This document shows positions 12,244-26,783 of a stretch of 64,000 nucleotides of DNA, in pieces. The notes below the pieces were generated by a model. The model was given only the letters and a program-made list of their open reading frames with translations, searched no databases and was not told where the DNA came from. The position numbers and the translations under genes were made by a program. Position 1 is the stretch's first letter. Each line of letters starts with the position of its first letter. Where the stretch lies: the NCBI RefSeq assembly GCF_006345805.1, contig NC_042997.1, positions 55,552,001 to 55,616,000 of the forward strand. Reading direction: 5' to 3'. The stretch is from Octopus sinensis (lineage: Eukaryota).

Positions 12244-12789
12244 ACAGAAATACATATAAGTACATAGAAACATACACTAATTTATAAAGCTTTATTTAGG
12301 CCTGCAACAACATCAAAAAAAAAAAAAAAACACAAACAAGCAAAGAAAAAGACTAACAAATCAAATTCCCCGCAATATACAAGCTTTCAGATGTGTATCC
12401 TAGCTAAATTTCTACATTGAGAATTATGCCTGTTGGGAAACTGCTCGACATAGACCTGTTGGAAGACTAATTTCATCAAAATCAGAATAGCGGAACATAA
12501 AATTAAGTTGTTATTATTGCCATTATTATTGTTGTTATTATTTCTATATAGCTTTTTCCCCTCAATCTCTTTTATATTAGAAACTGTTAATTCCCTTTCG
12601 TTCTAATGTACAGTTTCGCCGTTAGGGAATATGTATAAAACTTTTTTCCGTTTTTTTTTTCTTTTCCTATCGTTTTGCTTATAAAACTTACTTGTGCATA
12701 TGTGGTCACCTCCTTCTCTCATTCTTTCGCTCTATGTCATTCCCCACTCCACCATCATAAAATCTTTCCTCCTACTCTTTGACTCTTTG

Positions 12790-14400
<1,611 letters not shown>

Positions 14401-14879
14401 TTCGTCTCTATCCATGCTTCATTTTTGACCTTGGTGAACATAAATGGCTAATTCCAAAACTTACGTTCTTCAACATACTCAACCTTTACCTTTTTTATGC
14501 TTTAATTTAGCCGCGGCCAATCCCCTACACACTCTTCATGTTAGCATACTTTTCCGTTATCAAACATTTCCTTAGTTTTCTCTGATTTAATCTAAAATAC
14601 CCGATGTTCTCCCTGAAGATACAAAATGCTTCCATACACTTTCCATCTTTCCCTACAATGCAATCATTTAGTAGACACCCCATTTAACCTATGGTCAGAA
14701 TCACAAATATATTCTCATCCTTACTTTCCTTGAAATTTTGTTAGGTCCAAGGGTCACACATCATTAATATCTTTTTTTTTTTTTTTCTTTTTTTCCATTT
14801 CTGTCGTCATCAAGATTACTTGCCTTGTCGTTGATGTTACTGCCTGCCACCTCTTCCTAACTCTTTATCCTGAGCAATG

Positions 14880-15023
14880 CTTGATGTGTGTGTATGTGTA
14901 TGTATGTGTGTGTGTGTGCGTGTGCATGTGTTTGTGTGTGTGTGAGCGTGTGTTTGTCTTTGTGAGTGTTTTTGTGTATGAGTGCGTGTTTGTGTGTGCA
15001 TGCGTGTGTCTGTGCTTACAATA

Positions 15024-15062
<39 letters not shown>

Positions 15063-15198
15063 CATGTATATATATATGTGTGTGTGTGTATGTATGTATA
15101 CATGTGTGTGTGTGTATACATATATACATATGCATGTATATGCGTATATATATTATATGTATGTATATATATGTCTGTATATATATATATATATATAT

Positions 15199-15251
<53 letters not shown>

Positions 15252-15598
15252 ATACATATATATATATGTATATACATATATATATAAATTTATGTATGCG
15301 TTATATGAGTATATATGTATGTGAACATATGTATATTTGTATGTATACTCTCACAGCACACAAATGTACATTCATACACACACGCATGTGTGTATGCAGG
15401 TGAACATGTGAGTGTGGGAAGAAATGTTCAAAAACTAGTTGGGAAATGTCTGTCATACAGCATGAATATAATCATTTTAGCTGATCGATATTAACATATA
15501 TATGAAAAATTGCTATACATATATTCACATTCTCATGCACGCACATATGTACATATACATTCATATACATATATACATTTATAAATGAGTTCGTGTGA

Positions 15599-15658
<60 letters not shown>

Positions 15659-15759
15659 GTGTGTGTGTGTATGTGTATATATATATATAGATATATATCT
15701 GTATGTATGTATACGCATATGTATACATACATATATATATATATATATAAAATAAATAC

Positions 15760-15795
<36 letters not shown>

Positions 15796-15894
15796 GTGCA
15801 TGTATATATATATATAATATATATGTGTATATGTATATACAGATATATGTATATGTGTATATGGATGTACACACACACACATACACACATACAA

Positions 15895-15948
<54 letters not shown>

Positions 15949-16085
15949 GCACACATATATATATAAGTATACACGTATAAATATATACATAAACATATAG
16001 ATATATATATATATACCGCACTCACATACACACTCACAAGCACGCGCACTATCACACGCATGCGCATCACATACAAACATACACA
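14880..16085. repeat. Large compound microsatellite block (TG, TA, CA)
   Basis: Direct reading. Confidence 0.95.
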
Positions 16086-16244
16086 CATAGCTAATCTTAT
16101 AACTATGTTCATAAATGCAAACACTCACATGAGATTGTTGCACAGCTTTATTTTGCGATAAGTTCAACCTCTCCCATCTAACCACCCGAATGGACAGCAC
16201 AGTTGTAACGTCTAGAGATTTCTTTAACTATTGGCAACGGCGTC

Positions 16245-16837
16245 TTCTCAGTGCTGTCATTTCTGCTGCTGTTGGTGTTGTTGTAGCTGCTGCTGTTGGC
16301 GTTGTGGTTGTTGCTGTATTGCTCCAACTACATCTGCTACTTCTGATGCTGTTTAATCTAGCTGCTGTTGTAGCTGCCACTGCTGCTGTTGGCCTTAACC
16401 TTAACCGACATGGTTGTCGACATCGTTGCTGGTGTCGCTCCTAAAATTGTCTGAGTGCTGTTTGAATGGTGGTGTTTCTCTTTTGTACATCTGACTATGA
16501 GACTGCTTCTCTCATTCCATGCACGCATGTATGTTTGTGTGTGTGTATGTTTGTATGTATGTATGTATGTATGTATGTATGTATGTATGTATGTATGTAT
16601 GCACGTATGTATGCACGTATGTATGTACGTATGTATGTATGTGTGTATGTATGTGTGCATGTATGTATGTATGTATGTGTGTATGTATGTATGTATGTAT
16701 GTATGTATGTATGTATGTATGAATGTGTGTATGTATGTGTGTATGTATGTATGTATGTATGTGTGTATGTATGTATGTATGTATGTATGTATGTGTGTAT
16801 GTATATATGTGTGTATGTATGTATGTACGTATATATG

Positions 16838-16890
<53 letters not shown>

Positions 16891-16891
16891 T

Positions 16892-16935
<44 letters not shown>

Positions 16936-16940
16936 AAAGT
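16245..16940. repeat. Degenerate (GCT/GTT)n tract followed by (TATG)n and (TA)n
   Basis: Direct reading. Confidence 0.9.
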
Positions 16941-17354
16941 ATGCATGTACATAAGCACATGTACACGCACCCAGGGAAGCAGTCGTGGATGCCATTGCAT
17001 AAATAGATCTTATTACAGGCTAAATTTTCGTGAATGATTCACATATTTTGACAGTGCTTTTGATAGGCTTCTAGCAGTAATGTCTTGATTAGGCACGCCT
17101 TTTCTGATTGTGTGAAACGCAGACTCACGCGATTCGTACTGCGGTATTTTGTCACATCAGCATTTGCTCCCATAATTATTGGTAGAAACCGAAAACTATA
17201 GTTTTCAATACATATGTTTTAATGTAATAAGTTCATATTCGGGTATACACCTTGTAGTATGTCATTTAAAGCCCATTCGCATTATTCGACTACCTGATGT
17301 CAACAACAGTGTAGAGGTATATGCCACTGGATTTACTTTGTTTCTGTACAGTTT

Positions 17355-17674
17355 ATAAAAATATGAAAGAGAAGAAATGGAATTCAGGAGACTCTTTATT
17401 ATTCACCACGATCGTTTCAACCCATCTTGTACCAATGCAAGGTGAGATGCTGTGCAGGTGAGATGCCGTGCAGGTGAGGTGCTGTGCAGGTGAGATGTTG
17501 TGCAAACAGTTGTGGTGCATCGTAGTTGCAGATGAGTTTCGTCAGTGACTTGTCAACGAGATACGTTTTGACAAGTCACCTGTTTGTACAGTATCTCACT
17601 CGCGGGTTGAAACGGTCGTAGTGAATTATAAAGAGCCTCATGAATTCCATTTTTTCTCATATATTCTTATTTAT
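17355..17674. mobile_element. MITE with TIRs, internal 16-bp tandem repeat and nested hairpin
   Basis: 17369-17423 pairs with 17604-17659; (GGTGAGATGCTGTGCA)x4 at 17441-17504; GTGACTTGTCAA...TTGACAAGTCAC at 17545-17579. Confidence 0.8.
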
Positions 17675-18129
17675 TAATATCTGCACGTATGTATGCATGT
17701 TTGCTTATGTGCACGTGTATGTCGTTCAACCACTTTTTGTTCTCGCTTATGTAAAGCGTTAATATGGTGGTATGATGAATCTGTTGGTCAGGATTGTTGA
17801 TGTTTAGATCCAGGTCAGTCCTGTTGGAACACATCTCTAATCAAAGGCATGCTAGCCGCAATCATCTGATCTTTTCCCTATATACAGTAAGCCTCTGGAT
17901 CCATTTATTATTATGTTAATGTGGTGTTGTATTAAGACGTGAAAGTATAGTATTTGAGTATAACGAGGAGATTCTTATGCGAATAGATACACACACTTGG
18001 GTGTGTGCATCGATGGTTCAACCAATACACCAACTAAACCACACATTTATAAAGACCGGAAACTTTCTTAACTCAAAAAGTCTTGTTGTTTTGTTAGCGA
18101 CTGACTTGAACCTAAATTAAAATCTAAGA

Positions 18130-19310
18130 AAAACTATTGAAAAATGCTTTTGCAGGTTGGTTCTAGTGCCCACATTTGGGATATTGCATTGGACACTTGA
18201 CGAGATCGGAAGCCTGAACATCAAAACTAGAAAGGTACTGACCACCACGGCAACTTGTACATCAACAGCGACACCGATAGGGTCTATGTGAGATGAGATG
18301 ATAGTGATAGAGGCATAAGGCCAGTTCAAACAGCTTCTGAATGTTGCATTTGTATCACTCAGATAACTCCTTCTGAACAGTAAAAGAAATGAATACATTC
18401 CATGTATACTCAAAAATGAGAACAACATTTTCAGAGTTGGCGAAGAACTACTGGGCAGATACTCCGAGAATATAACTCTCTTATACGACCCAAAGGAGAC
18501 TAGACTGGCATGCCTAAACAGAAACTAGGAGGAGAGAGAGGCATCATACCAGCACAAACAAATGCACGCGTACACAACCCGTAAGCAAGAGGATAACAAC
18601 GGCATTGGCAGGAAGAATATGCCTTCGCTATCCAGGAACAGGAGATAGCTATTGAATCTGATAAACAAAAGCGACGAAGATATCACCAAATCCCTCATGT
18701 TGTCAAAGAAAATGCCGAGTCTGCTATATCAGTGTGGAAGATATCACACACATTATCAGCAGCTACTCCAAGATGTCTACGAGATATTAGCTGCCCCCGA
18801 GACAACAGTTGTAAAGACTATTGACGAGAGGGATTGCTTTGACGTATACATCAAAGGCATGTCAGAACCAGCATGTATTCACACCTTCAAAAAGTAGGGA
18901 ATACTGGTGCAACACTGAAATAAAAACATCATTTTGATGCAAGCATAACAGACCTGATACGGCTCCAGTGGGCAGGGGAAAAAAGTCATGCACTATTGTA
19001 TAGGCCAGCCGGCCAGTGTGTGTGAATGTATCCTCAAATGTCCAGGAAAAAGAGAACATTAATCGTAAATTAACGCGGAACTTACATCTCCTGTACTCTG
19101 ACAAAAATTATCATCTGTACCTATCATCATAGGTGCAGTAGGCTATGTACCTACATATTTACACAAAAACTCAGAATTACTAGGTTTTCGAAGAAAGAAC
19201 GAAATAAACTGACGCGGATTCTCTAAATCCAATCTATTGGTAGTACAGTGAAGATTTATAAAGCATTCCAGAGATTCTCCGACCGAGATTCTCAAGATGA
19301 ATAAATGCGC
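18130..19310 (+). pseudogene. R4/Dong-clade non-LTR retrotransposon relic (post-RT region to C-terminus)
   Basis: VPTFGILHWTLDEIGSLNIKTRKVLT, NSDTDRVYVR, YAFAIQEQEIA, VPIIIGAVGYVP, IQSIGSTVKIYKAF. Confidence 0.8.
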
Positions 19311-19589
19311 GCACTTAGGTATGTACATCGACAGTTCAATCAACACACCAATACAGCCAACACACCAACTCAAACACATATTTCTAACAACGAGAATTCT
19401 CTTAACACGAAAAGTTTGAACTCTCGTAAGAATTTAAATTAAACTCAAAGAAAAACGTACATAGATACATATATACATATATATATAATCATACATAATA
19501 CATACAAGCACCCAAAAGTCACGCGACTCTACCGCAACGTATCATCAAATGAAAGGGTGAGCATATATGAGCAGAAGACTATGCATAGA

Positions 19590-20360
19590 TATGTTAGTAG
19601 AAAGCTCCGAGATTATTGTAACATTGATCATCAAAGCAGTCCATCGTGGACCGGATTACTACCTTCCGCTTTAAAGGGTATGCGTTTGCAATCCAAGAAC
19701 AGGAAATATCAATCAAATACTTGATGCACAAAAGGGACAGAGATGCAGGTAAAGCAGTGAAATGTGACAACCTATGCAGACTTTGTGGAGTTAACGCCGA
19801 AGATATCACCTATGTCATAAGCAGCTGTCCGAAAATGTCATCATGATTTTATCTACCGATGAAGCATAACGTACGTATGTATGTATAATGTTGCTAAAAT
19901 ACTGTATAACGAGATCTGTCGAAAGGATAACCCAGAGGACAAAGAAATAAGAACCCACATTATAGTAGAAGCCATAGCCACTCATTATAAAAAGGAGTAC
20001 TGATGAAATGTCTCAGTGAAGACCTCAATAAAATGTAAGCAACATAGACCTGATTTAATGATTTGGAATAGAGAAGAAAAACTGTGTACACTTGTGGAAG
20101 TTAACATAAAGCTGAAGATTAGTGAAAAGTAGAATACCTACACTGAACTATTGAGAAATCTGCAGTTATTCTGTCATGATGACAAGTTCAGGTTTATACC
20201 TGTAATTATTGGGGCCCTGGGATACGTAACACACTGCCTAAATACCAATCTTGAGAAATTAGGCTTCTCAATACCAGAAAAGAGAAAGTTAATTCGAAGC
20301 CTACAGATCCAATCTATCAATGGAACTGTAAAAATCTGTAAAACTTTCCAAAAGTTTAAT
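19590..20360 (+). pseudogene. R4/Dong-clade LINE 3' relic with CCHC knuckle and restriction-like endonuclease motifs
   Basis: FKGYAFAIQEQEISIKYL, CRLCGVNAEDITYVISSCP, HRPDLMIW, FIPVIIGALGYV...GTVKICKTF, followed by (TACA)n. Confidence 0.88.
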
Positions 20361-20429
20361 ATTTCAATATATATGAACATGTCTAGATATGCAACTATAT
20401 GCACGAGAATACATACATAAAACAAAGCA

Positions 20430-21050
20430 TACAAATCTACATACATACATACATACATACATACATACATACATACATACATACATACATACATACATAC
20501 ATACTGTTTATTTTGATACGAGATCACCATGTCACTTACATATGGTTGTGATGCATGTGCCTTGCGTACCCTTATCTGACGGGTAGTAATGATGGGTATA
20601 CTGGGTTTCGCATGTTTTGCCCCAGTGTCATTTTGACGGCATGCACTGCTCTCTTACATACATACAAACAAAAATACCCTGTTATTGATGTTGAAATTCC
20701 AATGAAGGAGCCTTGAACCTGGGTTAGAAACCGGCTCTTTCTCTCTCTTGGTAAGAAATCTTAAAATAAAACTGAATAATGACATACATATATATATATA
20801 CACAAACATACATACATACAAACATACATACACACACATATACATACATACATGCATACATACATACATACACACATACATACATACAAACATACATACA
20901 CACACATACATACATACATACATACATACATACATACATACATACATACATACATACATTCATACATACATACATTTCATCGCCACTGCTTCTGTGTTTT
21001 TACATGCAGACACACACACACAGATACACACACACATGCATGAACGCATG
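20430..21050. repeat. (TACA)n/(CA)n microsatellite blocks flanking a short dispersed repeat
   Basis: Direct reading. Confidence 0.85.
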
Positions 21051-21485
21051 CATAAAGGATGTTCTCGTTTTCACCCTATAAAAGATTATGGTCTCCTATA
21101 CATTTTCCCTGGAGACTTTAGCTGACCAGCTTCTTCACCACCATTGCTGCTAACGTTAATATATTGGCTTTAGTTGTCAAGAAGCTGTCCAGAACCATGC
21201 CAGTCAAAGTCCTCAGGGAAGCCAAATTGGAGACTATATACAGGGCGAAAATGGAAACAACATCCCGTATACACAAGTTTGTGGATAAAACCAGAAGCTG
21301 CGTTGATGAAATGTAAATAAATCTACGTATAAATGTGTGTGCGTGTACGTGTGTGTGTACGTGTGCGTGTATATATATATGTGTGTGTGTGCGTGTGCGT
21401 GTGTGTGTGTGTGAGTGTGTGTGTGTGTATTTTTCCATTTCATCACTGCTGCTTCTGGGGTTTTTTACATTTTCAGTTGTCGTTT

Positions 21486-21523
<38 letters not shown>

Positions 21524-22039
21524 ACTATTGTCGTTGCTGACGCTGTTTTTGTTTTCGTTCATTATTATTTCTTTCGTCTTTCTATTAATTCTCTAGAGAA
21601 TTTTTGGACCAACCTATTTGGTTCACTATTTTGTTTATTATTAAAAAAAAAAATTGTTTTTGACTTTTTTATTTTGTTCTTTGTTTTGGTTTGAGAAAGA
21701 AAATTAGTAAAGTCAAGACATGAAGAAATATTTCAGAACGCTTATTTACTTTTTTTTTTTTTTCGGTAAACTATATCTTCTAACCCGTTGAAACGTAGAT
21801 AGCATTGCTATGGCTATACCCAACATCACTCTTGGAGATGTATCCGGGTTTTACCTTATTTAAAATGGTTTTAAGAATATTTGGTTGCTATTCTCTTTCA
21901 GATTGAGTGAACACATAAATGCACTCTCTAAGGCTTGTTGTGTGTTGATGAAGTGTGTTTCTGTGAAAAAGTGTAGTTTGGAGATATGAGGCTCAACGGT
22001 GGTGAAAGGAGATGTTATGTGAAATGGGTCGTTATTACG

Positions 22040-22850
22040 GTTATCATCAACACTATCAGAAATATCACCGCTCATTATCATTACTACTCAACCATCACTG
22101 CCACCACCACCACCACCGCCAACAACAACAACAACAACACTACCACAACCGCCGTCACCACTAATACTACCAGCCAATCAACTACGAAAACGGCCACTAT
22201 TCCCACCATTTCCAATACCAAGTCAAACTATCACTGCGACCAACACTACAACCACTACAACCACACAACCACTAAAACATCTATCACCACTAACACCACC
22301 ACTCCTATCACTACTGTCCTATCAACTACGAAAACGACTACTAACAACCCAATTTCCACTACTAACAAACCAGAACTATCAGCTATCAGTGTCATCACTA
22401 CTATACCTACAACTATCACCTACACCACTAATTCTACTGCCTCTACGACCGTTACCATTCTCGCCATTTCCACTGCTACCCCAATTACCTTCAAATTATG
22501 GCCACCACTTCAGCCACAGCCACTACAAACACTGCTACTACGACCACTGCTACCACAACTAATTCTAATACAGTTACTTACACTACTCCAAGATCCCCTA
22601 GAACTACTGCCACTACCTATCCATCACCAGCACAGTCACTACAATGAGACTACAACTTGTTCCATGCCATGACATTGCCATTGCGACTACCACTACTAAC
22701 AGTGGCAGTAGCCCGCACCAAAGAGAGATATGAAACCTACTTCACCATCGAATCTCAAACCAAATTCACTACCACCAACAACAACAAACTTATAACCACT
22801 ACAATACGACTACCTCCACAAAAACCACGATTACTACCACTAACAACTTG
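22040..22850 (+). repeat. Degenerate ACN/AAC-rich tract, translating as mucin-like Thr-rich sequence
   Basis: ORF 21986-22672 is Thr-rich in its middle, then frameshifts. Confidence 0.7.
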
Positions 22851-23734
22851 TTAGGAAACACCGATTGTCTTCTGTCATGTAACCATAGTGATGATGGTCA
22901 AATTGTTGCGAACTGCACAGTGAAAAGGCACAGAAAATGTTAGCAAAGTGGCTCTTCATTTTACTTGGAGAATGTGAAACTGCAGCCTCTTCCAAAGTAC
23001 AGTCCCGGTTTACAACCTTTTACAAGAGGTGTCTTCTTTTGCATGTTTTGCAGTGTTGCAAAGACAAACCATGCAAATCACACAACTCTCTTAAATCCTG
23101 GACGAGATTGGACTATGAATGCTGCACAGGAATTGTTTGATATTTAAACTCCTAATGTAAAACTCAAGCCTTCAGACGTTTAGTACGCTTTTTCAAAGAG
23201 CGTGGAAGTATTGATTTACATTTAAATTTGTTTATGTTGATTACATTCAGAGTTCAAATACTGCCTAGGCTAACTTTGTTTGCTTTCCTTTCAGGATCGA
23301 TAAAATGCCGACCAGCTGAGCAGTAGTCGACGAACCCTCTCTTGCCAAATATGTCAGGCCTTGTGCCTTTAAAAGAAAGAGAGGAAAACAATTATATTTC
23401 ACCAAAAATTTGTATATATTAGAACACAGTCTTTAGTGAAATTTGTCGTTACAAAGTCATGTTTTCAAAAAGATAGTCAGAGGTTTGAAAATAGATAGAA
23501 AATAGTTTCATTGTTTCATGCTTAAGTTGGTTTATATTACTAAAATATTCGGTGGTTATGCACTATGGATCGGACTGTTAATTTTTACAATATTTAAATA
23601 TATTCTAAATATTACAAAAATTAACAATTCGTAGCTGCTACATAAGTCAGCTTAAATTTGATACGTTGATAGAAGAAATTATTTTCTATCTTCCATGGTT
23701 TTTGAAAACTTTATTCTAACTTATCATTCTTTAA

Positions 23735-23850
23735 CAAGAATAGTATTAACAGTGACTTAAAAGTTTCGGCCAGCTAAAACATCATCGGACAGTCCGATGA
23801 TGGATTAGGTGGCCGAAACTTCGAAGTCATTGTCAAAACTATTTTTGAAA
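23735..23850. ncRNA. Palindromic pair of back-to-back hammerhead-like motifs
   Basis: Centre A23791. Plus strand: GACAGU-CCGAUGA-U-GG..CC-GAAAC-UUCGAA-GUC-AUUGUC (23788-23834). The minus strand carries a diverged equivalent. Confidence 0.65.
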
Positions 23851-23866
23851 AAGAATAAGGTGTGTG

Positions 23867-23936
<70 letters not shown>

Positions 23937-24525
23937 TGTGATATATAGATATAGAGAGAGAGAGAGAGAGAGAAACATATATATGTATATGTGCGAGCGT
24001 ACTCGCCTATAACAGACCAAATGCTGACCATGTTTAGTAGACGTTACCTTCGAACGTGCCATACTTTTGGAGCGTTACTGTATCACCAACAAGTCGTGTG
24101 GAGGCAATTTTATTTTCTTGTGGAGTTATTCAGAAAACTTATGGTATTATGTCTTCTAATGCAAAACAACCAGTTAGAAAGAGAGAGAAAGAGAAAGAGA
24201 GAGAGAGGAGGAGGAGGAGGAAGGAGAGAGAACATTTTTAAGTGATGTAAAATTGGTCACCAAGTGGTATTCACATATACCATTCTGCCTAAAAAATGGA
24301 CCTACAACTTCAATATCCCTATATATCTCACATCTATTTTCTTTCCTCCACCTCACTCTCTATTTTGTATCCTATCTAAATTAAGTATTACTTAACCATC
24401 CTCTCACACCGTCTCCGATGAAGGGATATAATCAATAAATATCCTGGAAACAGTTGTAAGACGTTCTATCTATAAATGTTCTAATATATACACAGCCTGG
24501 TTTTTATCTCATTATGCAAAAAATT

Positions 24526-24586
<61 letters not shown>

Positions 24587-25515
24587 CATGTATGTACATC
24601 AGCAAGCACAATGTCGCACTAAGTTTGAGCGCATTTGAATATAAAAGAGACACACGGAAAGAAGGACGCAAATTAAGTAAAATAAGTAATAAAAGTACGG
24701 ATGAAATGATATTTACACAAGTGTAATGATTATATTAGACTCCCTCGAGATATCACCATACAAATGTTATCTCAAGAGATTATAATATAATCACTAATAT
24801 TAAAATAATTTTAAACTTATAATTATTGTTGAAATAGTTTTTCCTCGCTGAAAAGATTAAGTCACTTCTTTTCAATTACTATAAGGACAAACAATGTTTT
24901 CTACAGACAGACATTTTTCTTATGTATAATGTGAACGGAATTCGTTAAACGGAAACTATTTATGTATGTGTGTATGTATGTATGTAGGTACGTACGTACG
25001 TATGTATATATGTATGTATATGTATGAATGTATGTATGTATGTATGTATGTATGTATGTATGTATGTATGTATGTATGTATGTATGTATGCGTGAATGTA
25101 TGTATGTATATATGTATGTATGTATGTAACGGTCTACATATTTTCCAAACTATATTTTCTACGTCGATATCGTACGATTTAAACTAAATTTGACTGTTGT
25201 ATATAACCGGTCACATGCTTACATAGAAACCTTTTTCTCGTTGTTCAAATTTATCTTTGATGTTGTCGTTTCGTCCCAGGTCAGTTGCAGTTGAAAAAAC
25301 ATTAAAAGGTTTTCCAATCATAACAATCCCGTTGTTTCTATATAAGGAATTCTATTTTATTTTAGGGTGTGACTAGGGAGTTTTGATTTCTGTTTTCAGT
25401 TTGTCCAATGACAACGGAAATTTTATCAGCGATTATCAGACCCTGACATATCTGAAGGTAAAAGTATTTTACCAAAAGTGCGTGCAATACGTTTGTTTTA
25501 TTATTTATGTAAACA

Positions 25516-25730
25516 CGAGAGGTTGCTGAAAAGTTCCTGGCTTTAAGGGTATCGTGAAACGAAAGGTTAGAGACCCAACTTTCCGAGTTCTGTTACAGGG
25601 CTTAGTAAAATTGAAGGACTGCGGCAATTAGTGTGTGAATCTGAGAGGGGATTATTTTGGATAAAATCATAAATAACTGATCCTCCTGTATTTTCTTTTA
25701 CCCAAAGCTATGAACTTTTCAGCATCCCCT
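25516..25730 (+). mobile_element. Mariner-derived non-autonomous element
   Basis: TIRs GAGGTTGCTGAAAAGTTCCTGGCTT / AAGCTATGAACTTTTCAGCATCCCCT; internal CVNLRGDYFG* resembles a mariner transposase C-terminus. Confidence 0.8.
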
Positions 25731-25737
25731 ATAAAAG

Positions 25738-25775
<38 letters not shown>

Positions 25776-26149
25776 TATATATAACAACTGTGTAAAATTG
25801 CATAAAAACAAAAATTACTTATATGCTGAATTTGGAATGACTTTCTATCTTATCTATTGTTTAGCAACATAGTCTCATTTTAATGACAATACATTTTAAT
25901 AATAAAATTAGCCAACAAATATCAAAAATAATATCAGACGGGAATCTATCTACTTCCATCGGCTATTATCATCATGACGTCAGCTATATGCATCAATTTT
26001 TATATGTGCGCGTGTGTACGCATACATACACACAGGCGGGTATTACCGAAAATAATACAAAATTGGTCATGATATTTACTAACTGATACAGGTTGTTAGA
26101 GCGAATCTATGGTCACTTCTATTCTTGTTCATTGCAAGCAAATAATTGA

Positions 26150-26345
26150 TTATAAGCAGAAGTAAGTTCGGTTATTGAGTTCTTGACGAAGTGGGATGCA
26201 GGTTATCCGATACCTACAGAAACCTACAAGTTGTTTACGGAAATGACGCCAAAGACTATATTCACAAATAGATGAAGAAATTTAAAGGCAGGTAATGCAG
26301 CATTTAAGGGAAACCAGGCAGTAAAACACCAATAGCTGCGACCAG
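26150..26345 (+). pseudogene. Mariner transposase N-terminal HTH relic
   Basis: SVIEFLTK...DTYRNLQVVYGNDA...MKKFKG...GKPGSKTP, across a frameshift and stops. Confidence 0.7.
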
Positions 26346-26751
26346 TTTGTTTATCCCCACGAGTTTATGAGTCCACTCGTGAGTATAGAAAAATCAGATC
26401 AGTGAGGAGCTTGCAGCATAACTGGACGGAGGTAACAATGCATTACAGAAGATGGTAGGAGACATTGGGTGCCTGAACGTCAGTGCAAAATTCGTACAAA
26501 AGAGTACACAATGTTTTTTAAAAAGAATTAGAGTGTAGGTTCAGTGATGGTGCAAACGTATCACTTGTGATGGAAACTATGTTGAGAAGCACTTTTGTAA
26601 AAATGAACTGTTATTCAACCAATATTTGCAATTTGAACTACGTACGTCAGTTAATAAAATGGTTATACGCACTTTGCGCTACTTGAGGTATAACCTTCGT
26701 GTATATGTATATATGTATATAAATAAATACATACACACGTGGACACGCAGG

Positions 26752-26783
<32 letters not shown>

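Noticed and set aside
17441-17504. CRISPR-like short repeats
   Set aside because: Head-to-tail 16-bp units with no spacers, eukaryotic context, no cas genes.
18117-18428. 103-aa hydrophobic minus-strand ORF
   Set aside because: Antisense to the R4/Dong relic, whose motifs are clear on the plus strand.
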